Of a stretch of 64,000 nt of DNA, positions 1-9,777 are shown piece by piece. Numbering within the stretch: the stretch's first letter is position 1; each line of letters opens with the position of its first letter. Position numbers and translations under genes: made by a program. Location: contig CBEUCH010000005.1 of NCBI GenBank assembly GCA_965541585.1, forward strand, positions 150,245 through 214,244, in the 5' to 3' direction. The notes under the pieces were generated by a model. It had not been told where the DNA came from and did not search any database. It was given only the letters and a program-made list of their open reading frames with translations. The stretch comes from an uncultured bacterium (lineage in GTDB: Bacteria > Zixibacteria > MSB-5A5 > UBA10806).

Positions 1-878
1 GACTCCTCGTTCAATGCCGCCGCGATCGACTCGATACCCACAGGTCCGCCATTGTAGTAATCGACGATGGTGGTGATAAGCCGCCTGTCGAGATCGTCCA
101 GCCCGGCGGAGTCGATTCCCTCCATTTCAAAAGACTTATTGACCGAAGGCAGGTCGATTTGTGCAATGCCATTCACCTGACAGTAGTCGCGAACTCTGCG
201 AAGCAGCCGGTTGGCTACGCGAGGCGTGCCCCGGCTCCGGCCGGCGACCTCAACGGCCGCCTCATCCACTATTTTTATATCCAGAATGCCGGCGGTGCGT
301 TTCACAATTTCGGCCAGTTCGGCTGGTGGATAGAAACCAAGATGGTGGACGATTCCGAATCTATCGCGAAGAGGCGAGGAAATCAACCCCGCCCTGGTAG
401 TTGCGCCAACTAAAGTGAACTTCTTCAATGGAACGTTGATGACCCGTGCGAACGCCCCCTTGTCAACAACGAAATCGACTTTGAAATCCTCCATGGCCGG
501 ATAGATAAACTCCTCCACCGACGGCGCCAGCCTGTGGATCTCGTCTATGAGCAGAACATCGCCTTGCTCCAGATTGGTCAATATGCCCATAAGGTCGCCG
601 GTCCGTTGCAGAGTCGGCCCCGATGATACGATCAACCTGGTTCCCATCTCCTCGGCCAGGATATGGGCCAGAGTAGTCTTGCCGAGGCCGGGAGGACCAT
701 ATATCAGCATATGTTCGTGCGGCTCGGCGCGCTCGAGGGCCGCCTGCAGAGAAACGATTAGCTTCTCAACCAGCTTCTTTTGCCCGATATACTCCGCCAG
801 ACGCCTGGGTCGCAATCCGGCAATATACTTTTCTTCTTCCTCGGAGTATCGTCCCGGGGTCACGATTCTCTCTCTCAT
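1..878 (-). CDS. ruvB: Holliday junction branch migration helicase RuvB (3' end runs off window)
   Basis: Hand translation from ATG at 878: MRERIVTPGRYSEEEEKYIAGLRPRRLAEYIGQ..., Walker A GPPGLGKTT, Walker B LIDEIHRL, GGPVG; follows ruvA. Absent from ORF track because truncated. Confidence 0.97.
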   Translation of the reverse strand, partial: MRERIVTPGRYSEEEEKYIAGLRPRRLAEYIGQKKLVEKLIVSLQAALERAEPHEHMLIYGPPGLGKTTLAHILAEEMGTRLIVSSGPTLQRTGDLMGILTNLEQGDVLLIDEIHRLAPSVEEFIYPAMEDFKVDFVVDKGAFARVINVPLKKFTLVGATTRAGLISSPLRDRFGIVHHLGFYPPAELAEIVKRTAGILDIKIVDEAAVEVAGRSRGTPRVANRLLRRVRDYCQVNGIAQIDLPSVNKSFEMEGIDSAGLDDLDRRLITTIVDYYNGGPVGIESIAAALNEE

Positions 879-882
879 CTGA

Positions 883-1512
883 CTATCCCGGAGCGGTCTG
901 ATTAAATATCTGCTGCAAGAGGTCCTCGGACGATTTAAAACGTTTGCCGGTGGACAGCGCGCGCTCAAGCATCGCCTGAGCTTCCGATTTCTTGTATTGA
1001 AGCTGGAGCAGGATCGCCATCACCTCTTCCGCATGGTCGGGTTTGGTTTCCGGCCTGGCCAGCGGTTTGCTTTCCTTTGCCAGTGCGAATCGAGCCGTTT
1101 TTCCTTTCAATTCGGCGATAATTTTCTCGGCCAGCCTGGGGCCGACACCGGGGAGCCTTTTCAAGGCCGAGACCTCCTCGGTCTCGATGGCCCTGGCAAT
1201 CTCATTTATCGGTATCGTTAACGACTTTAGAGCTTTCTTGATCCCCAGCCCGGAGACAGAGGTGTATAGGCTGAAAAATTCTTTGTCGATGGCCTCCGCA
1301 AATCCCACCAGGCGAGGATATTGATTTCCCACCTGCCCCCCCTCGATATAATCGAGAGTGTAAAATTCTATCTCAGATCCTTTAGCACCATTTCTTTTCA
1401 GGGAGTCAACAAGCGCGGACGGAAGCATGATTTCATAGAATAAGCCACCCACATCAACCGACGCCGAAGAGTCTCCGACCTTATCGAGCATCCCTCGAAT
1501 CTTCGCTATCAT
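883..1512 (-). CDS. ruvA: Holliday junction DNA-binding protein RuvA
   Basis: MIAKIRG start (ATG 1512 overlapping ruvC stop), HhH motifs VSGLGIKKA and LPGVGPRLAEKII; between ruvC and ruvB. Confidence 0.95.
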   Translation of the reverse strand: MIAKIRGMLDKVGDSSASVDVGGLFYEIMLPSALVDSLKRNGAKGSEIEFYTLDYIEGGQVGNQYPRLVGFAEAIDKEFFSLYTSVSGLGIKKALKSLTIPINEIARAIETEEVSALKRLPGVGPRLAEKIIAELKGKTARFALAKESKPLARPETKPDHAEEVMAILLQLQYKKSEAQAMLERALSTGKRFKSSEDLLQQIFNQTAPG

Positions 1513-1988
1513 CTCGAAGCCTCGATATGGCACAGCGCGGTGGCGATGGCGTCCGCAACGTCCGGCGGCTTCGGAATTGAATTTAAGCGTAAGACGCTTC
1601 TGACCGATCTTTGCATCTGCAGCTTTGACGCCCTTCCACTTCCGGTAAGCGATTTCTTAATACGAGTGGCGGCATAACTCTCTACCGGTATCCGATGATT
1701 GGCGGCACATAAGAATATCATGCCTCTGGCATGGCCCATATTTACGGCCGTCTGGGGATGTTTATAATGCGAGTACAGCTTTTCGACAGCCACGGCGTTC
1801 GGCTTGAATTCAGAGATTATCTCTTCAAGGCCGTCATAGATGGTCTTGAGCCGCATTTCGAAAGTGTCTTCGCTCTTAGTCTTCAAAACACCGGCTTCCC
1901 TGACCTCGGGACCGTTGCCGTCCAGAGATACAATCGCATAACCTGTAACTCGCAATCCGGGATCTATACCGAGAACGGTCAGGGCCAT
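1509..1988 (-). CDS. ruvC: Crossover junction endodeoxyribonuclease RuvC
   Basis: LGIDPGLRVTGY, AVEKL, GHARG, DVADAIATALCH motifs. Confidence 0.97.
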   Translation of the reverse strand: MALTVLGIDPGLRVTGYAIVSLDGNGPEVREAGVLKTKSEDTFEMRLKTIYDGLEEIISEFKPNAVAVEKLYSHYKHPQTAVNMGHARGMIFLCAANHRIPVESYAATRIKKSLTGSGRASKLQMQRSVRSVLRLNSIPKPPDVADAIATALCHIEASR

Positions 1989-2741
1989 CTAACCCTCTGA
2001 GAATTTTTCCATTACGGAATCATCAATATCGAAATTAGCGTAGACATGGACCACGTCGTCGTGGTCCTCGAGGGACTCATAGAGCCTCAGCATCTGTTCG
2101 GCCTGCTTGCCATCGAGTTTGATGGTGTTCTGCGGGATCATTGCCGGTTCTACCGATGCGATCTCGATATTGCGGTTTTCAAGCTCCGACCGCACTGATT
2201 CGAGATCGGAGAAATCAGTGTAAATTTCGTATAAATCATTGGACGATTGCACATCAATAGCGCCGGCGTCGAGAGCTTTCTCCATCAATTCGTCTTCGTC
2301 GATCCTGTTTTTATCAACCGTAATATATCCCTTACGATTAAACATCCACCCAACGCAGCCAACCTCCCCCAGAGAGCCATTATGTTTCGTGAGGATATGG
2401 CGAACCTCCGCCACTGTCCGTTTTTTATTATCTGTAAGGACTTCAACCAGAATGGCTACTCCACCCGGGCCGTACCCCTCATAAGAAAATTCCTCATAGC
2501 GGACACCCTCGAGCTCACCGGTCCCTTTTAGAATCGCCCTCTTAATGTTATCAGCCGGCATATTGCCCGCCCTGGCGGCGGCCACGGCGGTTCTAAGCTT
2601 GGGATTGGCCTCAAGATCACCGCCTCCTTCCCGGGCAGCCACCGTAATTTCACGGATCAACTTGGTGAAGATCCTACCCCGTTCTGCATCCGCCTTGCCT
2701 TTTTTCCTCTTTATAGTTGACCATTTGGAATGGCCGGACAT
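1989..2741 (-). CDS. yebC: YebC/PmpR family protein
   Basis: [14 protein letters not shown] start after [20 protein letters not shown]; conserved position upstream of ruvC. Confidence 0.96.
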   Translation of the reverse strand: MSGHSKWSTIKRKKGKADAERGRIFTKLIREITVAAREGGGDLEANPKLRTAVAAARAGNMPADNIKRAILKGTGELEGVRYEEFSYEGYGPGGVAILVEVLTDNKKRTVAEVRHILTKHNGSLGEVGCVGWMFNRKGYITVDKNRIDEDELMEKALDAGAIDVQSSNDLYEIYTDFSDLESVRSELENRNIEIASVEPAMIPQNTIKLDGKQAEQMLRLYESLEDHDDVVHVYANFDIDDSVMEKFSEG

Positions 2742-2872
2742 AACTCCTCCTGTCACTTATTACAAAAATGCCTCAACCAATTATACTAACACAACAACTA
2801 TGTTATTGCAATATGTTTCTAATCGATAGAATCATAGTCTATTGCAGAAACTGGGGCGCAAAAACATAATAT

Positions 2873-2903
2873 AAAAAAGGGCCCCCGCTTCCACGGGGAC
2901 CCT
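2873..2903 (-). terminator. Intrinsic terminator after EF-G paralogue
   Basis: Minus strand AGGGTCCCCG-TGGAAG-CGGGGGCCCT hairpin followed by T run. Confidence 0.8.
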
Positions 2904-2924
2904 GAAAAAGACGGATTTGCAATT

Positions 2925-5012
2925 CTATTTTTCTTCTTCCTTCGCCTTCTTGGCGTCCTCGATCACCTTGGCGGCAATTTCACGGGGTACTTCCTCATAA
3001 CAGGAGAATTCCCTGGTGTGGATACCCCTTCCCTGGGTTAAGGAACGCAGGGAGGTGGAGTATTTGTATAGCTCCGCCAGCGGCACCTGGGCCCTGATCT
3101 TCTGATTTTTGCCATCGGGGTCCATACCCATGATCTTGCCGCGACGAGCCGATATATCTCCCATCACATCGCCCATATGATCTTCCGGCACAAGTACCTC
3201 GATAATATAAATCGGCTCCAGAAGGTATGGTCCAGCCTTTAAGAAACCGTCCTTGAAAGCCATGGAGGCGGCGATCTTGAAAGCCATATCGGATGAATCG
3301 ACATTGTGGAACGAACCATCGTAGACCGTAACTTTGATATCGACAACGCGGCTGCCGGAAAGACCTCCGGAAAGCCTCGCTTCCTGGATGCCTTTTTCGA
3401 CCGACGGTATATATTTGGTGGGGATTACCCCACCCGCGATGGCATTGACAAACTCGAAATCCGCGCCTTTCGGCATAGGCTCGAGTTTGAGCCAGCAGTC
3501 TCCGTATTGCCCACGCCCTCCGGTCTGCTTTTTGTATTTGCCCTGAACTTCGACCTTACTCTTGATGGTCTCCCTGTACGGAACCCGGGGCTTTTCCAAT
3601 TCGACCTCAACCCCGAATTTTCGTTTCAATCGATCGACGATGACCTCCAGATGCAGTTCTCCCTGGCCGGAAATTATGGTCTGTCTGATTTCGCCGTCGA
3701 CAACTACCTTAATCGAGGGATCCTCCTCCTTCAAACGTGCTAGTCCGCTGGCAATTTTCTCCTCATCGCCTTTGGCCTTGGACCGGATAGACATCCTGAT
3801 AACTGCTCCGGGCACCTCCGCCCGTTCGTACTGGATCGGGGTTTTCTTATCGCAGAGAGTATGACCGGTATGCGTCGATTTCAATTTCACCAGGGCGCCG
3901 ATATCACCCGCGGTTAGCGTTCCAATTTCTTTCCGCTCCTTACCGTTCATCAGGAAAATCTGGCCGATCCGCTCGCCCGAACTGCTGATGACATTATGTA
4001 AGTCGTCTCCGCTAGATACCTTGCCGGAAAACACTTTAAAGAAGGAAAGCTCACCCACGTGCGGTTCCGATATGGTTTTGAAAATGTACAACGAGGTCGG
4101 AGCGTCATGGGCAATTTTTCTCCGGACTATATCCTCCGTTCCCGGCTTAAAGCCGATCTTCTCGCCGGCATAATCAGGAGAGGGCAGATAGTCAGCAGCG
4201 AAATCCAGAAACAGGGATATGCCCGAGATCTCGGTAGCCGCCCCGGCGAATATGGGGAAGATTTTAGCTTCGGCAATTCCTTTTGCCAGCCCTTGTTTGA
4301 GTTCGTCACCGGTCAATTCACCGGCATCGAAAAACTTCTCCAGAAGAGCATCGTCCGCCTCGGCAGCAGCCTCCACCAGTTTCTCGCGGTAAGATTCAGC
4401 CTCCGATTTATGATCTTCCGGTATGGGAGCCTCTGTGGCTTTTCCGGATTTATCAAACGTAAACGCTTTTTGGCCTATGATATCGATTACACCTTTGTAT
4501 GAAGTCCCTCCACCCCAGGACATGATTACCGGCACTGCTCGATCTCCATAATTCGATTGAATCTGCCCTACCGTTTTGCCAAAATCGGCATGCTCTTTAT
4601 CCATCCTGTTTACGAAAAAACCGCAGGGAAGGGAGCCCTTCGAGGCTGCGCGCCAGGCTATATCGGTTCCAACCTCGGGGCCTGCCACGCCGTTGACCAC
4701 AATCAGTGCAAAATCCGAGGCGCTCAGACCGGAATACAACTCCCCGCAGAAATCAGCGTAACCGGGTATATCGATTAAGTTTATCTTGCAGCCTTTCCAA
4801 TCCAGATTCGAGAGAGCCAGCCCGATGGAGATCTTTCTGGAGATCTCATCCTCCGTATAATCCGAAATCGTAGAGCCGTCGTCTATAGTGCCCATGCGAG
4901 TCGTTACTTTGGCGCAAAAGAGCATGGCCTCGTTGAGGGAGGTTTTCCCGATGCTCCCATGTCCCGTCAGTCCGATATTCCTCAATTTATCTATCGAATA
5001 TTCCTTCATCAT
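2925..5012 (-). CDS. fusA2: Elongation factor G paralogue (EF-G2-like)
   Basis: 695 aa, [48 protein letters not shown]; divergent from the str-operon fusA. Confidence 0.92.
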   Translation of the reverse strand: MMKEYSIDKLRNIGLTGHGSIGKTSLNEAMLFCAKVTTRMGTIDDGSTISDYTEDEISRKISIGLALSNLDWKGCKINLIDIPGYADFCGELYSGLSASDFALIVVNGVAGPEVGTDIAWRAASKGSLPCGFFVNRMDKEHADFGKTVGQIQSNYGDRAVPVIMSWGGGTSYKGVIDIIGQKAFTFDKSGKATEAPIPEDHKSEAESYREKLVEAAAEADDALLEKFFDAGELTGDELKQGLAKGIAEAKIFPIFAGAATEISGISLFLDFAADYLPSPDYAGEKIGFKPGTEDIVRRKIAHDAPTSLYIFKTISEPHVGELSFFKVFSGKVSSGDDLHNVISSSGERIGQIFLMNGKERKEIGTLTAGDIGALVKLKSTHTGHTLCDKKTPIQYERAEVPGAVIRMSIRSKAKGDEEKIASGLARLKEEDPSIKVVVDGEIRQTIISGQGELHLEVIVDRLKRKFGVEVELEKPRVPYRETIKSKVEVQGKYKKQTGGRGQYGDCWLKLEPMPKGADFEFVNAIAGGVIPTKYIPSVEKGIQEARLSGGLSGSRVVDIKVTVYDGSFHNVDSSDMAFKIAASMAFKDGFLKAGPYLLEPIYIIEVLVPEDHMGDVMGDISARRGKIMGMDPDGKNQKIRAQVPLAELYKYSTSLRSLTQGRGIHTREFSCYEEVPREIAAKVIEDAKKAKEEEK

Positions 5013-5164
5013 GCCTCCGTCATATTATTCAGACAAGCGCACAAAATAAAGGGCGGAGTGCCTGATGTCAATATCAAATCGGATGTCCTAATATAACGTT
5101 CAGATCCCGGGGGAATCAAGCTGCAGCCACACCGGAATAATTCGTGGCGGCTTATCCGGCATAT

Positions 5165-5500
5165 TCATCCCGGCGGCCAGGTAAACCATCGCCCGCCCAA
5201 TACATGAACATGAAGATGATCGACAGACTGGCCGGCATGCCGACGGCAGTTGACCACCGTTCGAAATCCATCTTTCCCCAGACCCTTGCTTTCCGCTATC
5301 CGGGCCGCCGTATATAAGAGCTTCCCGAGTATGCTCTCGTCGCCGTCGAGCACCGTTTCTATATGTTTTTTGGGAATTACCAGAAAATGCACCGGCGCCT
5401 GAGGACTGATATCCTCAAATGCCATACAATTCTCGTCCTCGTGCAGAACTCGGGCGCTGAGTTCGCCGCCGGCGATTTTGCAGAAAATACAATCGCTCAT
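5165..5500 (-). CDS. hinT: Histidine triad nucleotide-binding protein
   Basis: MSDCIFCKI, GQSVDHLHVHVLGGR, WPPG end. Confidence 0.95.
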   Translation of the reverse strand: MSDCIFCKIAGGELSARVLHEDENCMAFEDISPQAPVHFLVIPKKHIETVLDGDESILGKLLYTAARIAESKGLGKDGFRTVVNCRRHAGQSVDHLHVHVLGGRWFTWPPG

Positions 5501-6207
5501 AGATCCCCGAGATGGTTGAGAACCAGAGTGGGGAATAAGACGCCGGCCGTCTCCGCGCGCAAACGGCGAGGCCCAAGCCTTACCGGCGAGAATCCAGCAT
5601 CGATCACCGAAGATACCTCATCATCCGTAAAACCGCTTTCCGGTCCAACCAATAGCAACAATCTTTTAAGATCGTGAGATTTTCTAACCGCCTGTTCCAT
5701 GGTTTTGGAAGATCTGTTCGAAATCGCTATAAGCGAGAGATCGAAATCGCCTTTAATACCCAGGGTTTCGGCGAATGTTTTGAATTGCATAACCGACGGT
5801 ATTACCGATCTTTTCGATTGCTTGGCGGCGGCCCTGACGATTTTTTTGAGGCGCGAGATTCTCCTCACAGACGATGAATCCCCCTTCATCTTTAAGTAGC
5901 TCTTTTCAGAATAATAGAATATGAACGATGCCACCCCGATTTCGGTGCCTTTCTCGACTATGAAATCCATCCTGGACGGGCGGCAGATCCCCATGGCCAG
6001 AGTGATATTGTGAAACGGTTCGTTTTCCAGGCGAGTCACGTTCGAGATCAAACCCTTGACAGTGGAGCCGGAAACGGATTCGATAACAACTCGATATTTC
6101 AACCCGCTGCCGTCGATTGCATAAAACGAATCCCCGATCTTGGCACGCAATACCTTTTTCAAATGGTGGGCCTCGGTGCCGGCTAATACCAGCCGCTCAT
6201 CGTTCAC
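5497..6207 (-). CDS. rsmE: 16S rRNA m3U1498 methyltransferase RsmE (true start probably upstream, see findings)
   Basis: HHLKKVLR, EKGTEIGV, AAKQS, VGPESGF, LGPRRLRAETA. Confidence 0.94.
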   Translation of the reverse strand: MNDERLVLAGTEAHHLKKVLRAKIGDSFYAIDGSGLKYRVVIESVSGSTVKGLISNVTRLENEPFHNITLAMGICRPSRMDFIVEKGTEIGVASFIFYYSEKSYLKMKGDSSSVRRISRLKKIVRAAAKQSKRSVIPSVMQFKTFAETLGIKGDFDLSLIAISNRSSKTMEQAVRKSHDLKRLLLLVGPESGFTDDEVSSVIDAGFSPVRLGPRRLRAETAGVLFPTLVLNHLGDL

Positions 6208-6367
6208 CCGGGCGGGATCGATTATGAAGTTCGTAGCTGTAATTTCGATTTCGGCACCTCTCAGTTGAGAGTATTCGAGCAGGAAATCTATTCCAGTCGG
6301 TTTTGAATCTTATGAAAATTCATACTATCAGTCAACGTAAACTTTATTTAAATCGGTTGTATCGACC

Positions 6368-7525
6368 TCAAACGCCGAGCGTAGCGCGCAGTTTCTCAAA
6401 GAACGATCTGTCCGCCGGAGGGGGTTTCTCGCCTCGCGAGTCGGCCAGCTTTATGAAGAGAGCTTTTTCCTCATCCGAGAGTTTGGTCGGCGTCCAGATT
6501 ACGACCCTGATCAGCTGGTGGCCCCTCCCGTAACCGTTCAGGTGCGGAATACCCTTGTTGCGAAGCATGAATATCTTCCCGGATTGTGTACCCGCCGGGA
6601 TTTTCAAATTTGCCTTGCTGCCCAGCGCCGGAACCTCGATCTCCGCCCCCAGGGTGGCCTGTGAAAACGATAACGGCGTCTCACAGATGATATCGTCTCC
6701 TCTCCTGGTGAAATGCTCGTGCTCTACCTCATCGATTATCACCAATACGTCACCGGGCGGGCCGCCACGCGGTCCATAATTTCCAGAACCGCTGACAGAT
6801 ATATAGTTCCCAGCCGACACTCCAGCCGGGATCTTGACCTTAATGGAAGTTCGTCCGTCTACAAGGCCGTTGCCGGCACAGCGGCTGCACACTTTTTCAA
6901 TGATCCGACCCTCTCCGGCGCAATGCTGGCAGGTCTGGATATTTACAAATTGCCCGAAAAGCGATCTTGACACTTTCCTGATCTGCCCGTTTCCGCCGCA
7001 TGTGGGGCATGTCTTTCTCGATGATCCGGCCTCGGCGCCTGTACCAGAACAACTCTCACAAGCGACCAGACGCTTGATTTTTAAAGTTTTCTCAACACCT
7101 GCGGCGATCTCCTCCAGCGTCATACTCAGCTTGACCTGCAAATCCTGGCCTCGCTGAGGGCGGGCATCCCCGCCGGAGCGAGAACCGCCAAAGCCAAATA
7201 CATCATCGAAACCGAAGCCCCCGAAATCTCTCATGAAGGCTCGCAGGGCATCGCCGAGATCGAAGCCCTCGAAGCCCCCGAAGCCTCCTGCCCCCGCTCC
7301 TCTCAGCCCGGCATGACCATACTGATCATATAGCTGACGTTTCTGAACGTCTTTCAGGACTTCATAAGCCTCGGTGGCTTCCTTAAATGACTCCTCCGCT
7401 GACTTATTGCCGGGATTTTTGTCGGGATGATATTTTACGGCCAGCTTGCGATACGCTTTTTTAATTTCGTCCTCGCCGGCGTCCCGCCGTAAGCCCAGGA
7501 TTGTGTAGTAGTCTCTTTTTGCCAT
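6368..7525 (-). CDS. dnaJ: Chaperone DnaJ
   Basis: J domain with HPD, G/F-rich region, four CxxCxGxG zinc-finger repeats. Confidence 0.98.
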   Translation of the reverse strand: MAKRDYYTILGLRRDAGEDEIKKAYRKLAVKYHPDKNPGNKSAEESFKEATEAYEVLKDVQKRQLYDQYGHAGLRGAGAGGFGGFEGFDLGDALRAFMRDFGGFGFDDVFGFGGSRSGGDARPQRGQDLQVKLSMTLEEIAAGVEKTLKIKRLVACESCSGTGAEAGSSRKTCPTCGGNGQIRKVSRSLFGQFVNIQTCQHCAGEGRIIEKVCSRCAGNGLVDGRTSIKVKIPAGVSAGNYISVSGSGNYGPRGGPPGDVLVIIDEVEHEHFTRRGDDIICETPLSFSQATLGAEIEVPALGSKANLKIPAGTQSGKIFMLRNKGIPHLNGYGRGHQLIRVVIWTPTKLSDEEKALFIKLADSRGEKPPPADRSFFEKLRATLGV

Positions 7526-7568
7526 TTTTCAGTAATTTGAAAAAATTATCTATTCCCGAAAACCTTTT

Positions 7569-7597
7569 AATATATCCTTGACCATCAGTCAAGTCAA
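7569..7597 (-). promoter_or_regulatory. Sigma70-like promoter for dnaJ
   Basis: TTGACT-17 nt-TATATT on minus strand. Confidence 0.6.
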
Positions 7598-7630
7598 CAT
7601 ACGCTCTACGAAAAGTTTCGCCAACAGCCG

Positions 7631-7710
7631 AAACCGCCAACTCCAGATCCTTAAAACTATAATCCCTTGATAAAAAGTAGGTTCTACAAATTAATCCGAA
7701 ATTATGGGGA
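7631..7710. repeat. Imperfect 80-bp direct repeat, copy A (partner at 9778-9857)
   Basis: Manual alignment with 9778-9857 gives about 66 matches in 81 columns; shared AAAACTATA.TCCCTTGA and AAATTAATCC...ATTATGGGGA. Confidence 0.9.
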
Positions 7711-7887
7711 GGCTCCCGGAAAGGGGGTGGTAAGTCACCATACTTTCAGGGTACCGCTAAGAGTCTATTCTTAGAGATGCAATTATCCTGGTGGTCATTT
7801 TTACGAACGAAAGGTAGGTCAAAACCACAAGGGTCTCGACCTACCCGGATAATCCTGAGCGGCGAGTGTCCTCAATCTCTCAGGAAT

Positions 7888-8265
7888 CTACCTTCTCTTA
7901 AGGTTAATCACGTCGGATATTGCTCCCAGCCGATCCATATCGACATTCCTGATTCTACCCATCCTATTCTTGAGGTCCCTTACGACCCGGCTCGAGAACT
8001 TTCTCCACTTCGCCTCGGACATCAAATAGATTCTACCTCCATAGTGCAAATGAGGTACGGGTATTCCCGGAAAATGTCGCGGCCATCTGATCGGTCTTTT
8101 GTCTACAAGAACGCTCAATTTGACGGACTTAAGTCTTTCAGTACGGATGAACGTTCTTGTAATGGCGGTAAATTCTCTCCACATCAATCGCTTACCGCCA
8201 GCAGTCCCATCGAACAAGTACCGTCCGTCTATAACTACTACGCCCATTTGTTCGTTCTCCTTCAT
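7888..8265 (-). CDS. Hypothetical protein, putative partner or substrate of adjacent radical SAM enzyme
   Basis: 125-aa basic ORF directly downstream of and co-oriented with the rSAM gene; distinctive FPGIPVPHLHYGG motif; start uncertain. Confidence 0.7.
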   Translation of the reverse strand: MKENEQMGVVVIDGRYLFDGTAGGKRLMWREFTAITRTFIRTERLKSVKLSVLVDKRPIRWPRHFPGIPVPHLHYGGRIYLMSEAKWRKFSSRVVRDLKNRMGRIRNVDMDRLGAISDVINLKRR

Positions 8266-8334
8266 TTTCTGAATGTTGATATCATATTCGAATCCCCAAG
8301 CTATGGTCTGTAATACCTATCACCCCCTCTCTTG

Positions 8335-9450
8335 CTATTTAAATAGCGTTTTTACGTGCGGTCTTCCTGCAAGATGTTCTACGAAATGGTTTCCCGGTTC
8401 TTTTTCAAGTTTTTGAAATACATCGTAGGCAGTCTTTACGGCCGCTCTTTCCGAGGCGCAGAGAAATGTACCTACCCGATTATAATAGCCCGATGAAAAG
8501 TAATTAGAGCAACCACACCAGTTCATACAATAGTCCTTAATGCCGCATTCGAGACATTCAACGTTAAATTCGCCGCCCGACTTGGAATGGCACTTACTGA
8601 GGTTTACGTCTGTGCCCACAGCTATATTTCCTAAGCAATGTGGGGAGCCATTATCGTCGCCGATAAGCCTCTCACACCCATAAATATTGCCCGTGGGAGC
8701 GAAAGCTAATTCACCGGTACCCATTCGGCAACGTTCGGATGCCTGATATCCTCCACGAAGAAAGACCGTAATTTTATTATCAATTATATTGATAAAATAA
8801 GGGTCGCCCTGCAGATGACTGGCGATATATTTTTCCGCGATACAAGCATATTCCCGTTCCAGAATTTCGATATCCTCTGCCGACCAAACGGCAGAGAAAT
8901 CCGGACTTAAAAATAGCCTTCTAAGACCAAGTGAACGAAAGTAGTCCACCGTTCTCGCCAACAAGGAAAGCGTATCCGGCGTATAAACGGCATTGACCAT
9001 AACCGTGGGGAATATATTCACGGCCTTCCTGATTGTATCTTCTACTATAGCCGATGTTTTTCCACCGTTGCGGAAACGTCTGAAACGATCCTGCGCCGAA
9101 GGAGGACCATCGCAACTTATACAAAAATCTATACCCTCGGCATCTATAAACTCTGCTATCTCTTCGCTGAATACGGTTCCGTTTGTAACTACAGAGAGAA
9201 CCACTCGTTCGGCATCATAGTGACGATGAGATTTTATCATAGATGTGATTGAGCGGATCAATTCGAATTCCAGCAAAGGCTCTCCCCCGAAAAACCCGAT
9301 GTCCAGCATTTCCTGAGGGGGAGTTCTTGTGAAAATAAAATCGATAATCTTCTCGGCGACATCAAGAGACATCGAAATGTTTTTTTTGCCTATATAGCAA
9401 TAACCGCATTTAAGGTTACATTTTTGAGTTATACAAAAGATGTATTTCAC
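8335..9450 (-). CDS. Radical SAM/SPASM domain protein (AslB/anSME-like, possible protein or peptide maturase)
   Basis: CNLKCGYC (CxxxCxxC), FFGGEPLL, VTNG, SCDGP; C-terminal C..G...GNIYGC...CLECGIKDYCMNWCGC...FLC SPASM-type Cys array; GTG start with GGAGG. Confidence 0.92.
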   Translation of the reverse strand: MKYIFCITQKCNLKCGYCYIGKKNISMSLDVAEKIIDFIFTRTPPQEMLDIGFFGGEPLLEFELIRSITSMIKSHRHYDAERVVLSVVTNGTVFSEEIAEFIDAEGIDFCISCDGPPSAQDRFRRFRNGGKTSAIVEDTIRKAVNIFPTVMVNAVYTPDTLSLLARTVDYFRSLGLRRLFLSPDFSAVWSAEDIEILEREYACIAEKYIASHLQGDPYFINIIDNKITVFLRGGYQASERCRMGTGELAFAPTGNIYGCERLIGDDNGSPHCLGNIAVGTDVNLSKCHSKSGGEFNVECLECGIKDYCMNWCGCSNYFSSGYYNRVGTFLCASERAAVKTAYDVFQKLEKEPGNHFVEHLAGRPHVKTLFK

Positions 9451-9714
9451 CGCTGAGCCTCCGATTATTCGCTTGTGTGATTATTTTTGCCTTTACATTT
9501 TTGGATTGCTTCCTCCTTGCCATCAGGTCGATCATGAAACCGACTCTTAGCGGAAATAAAACGCGCAGTAAGATTCTAAATTGCTATTCCAGGAGAGTGA
9601 TTTAACCCGGTGTTTCAGGCCGATCTGGAATGCAAAACCTCCTTACGCATAACAGTAAGGTACTATGACCGGGAATTGATGAATCTCTATAATGCTATAC
9701 TCAACCCAGATCTA

Positions 9715-9743
9715 TTAATAGTTTATGGCGTTATGATTGTCAA
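9715..9743 (-). promoter_or_regulatory. Sigma70-like promoter for the rSAM cassette
   Basis: TTGACA-17 nt-TATTAA(T) on minus strand, about 260 nt upstream of the rSAM start. Confidence 0.55.
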
Positions 9744-9777
9744 GCGTTTTTAGTAAAATAGTTTCCCCGAAGTTCCA

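Noticed and set aside
2925..5012. Second EF-G as a novelty or tetracycline-resistance protein
   Set aside because: EF-G2-type paralogues are common, and the sequence keeps EF-G domain IV motifs rather than TetM-like features.
7777..8313. 178-aa plus-strand ORF in the cassette
   Set aside because: Antisense to the 125-aa gene that is co-oriented with the rSAM; no SD or motif support.
9416..9535. 39-aa minus-strand ORF MIDLMARRKQ... as rSAM precursor peptide
   Set aside because: No SD, overlaps the rSAM start by 35 nt, no typical core residues; cannot be supported.
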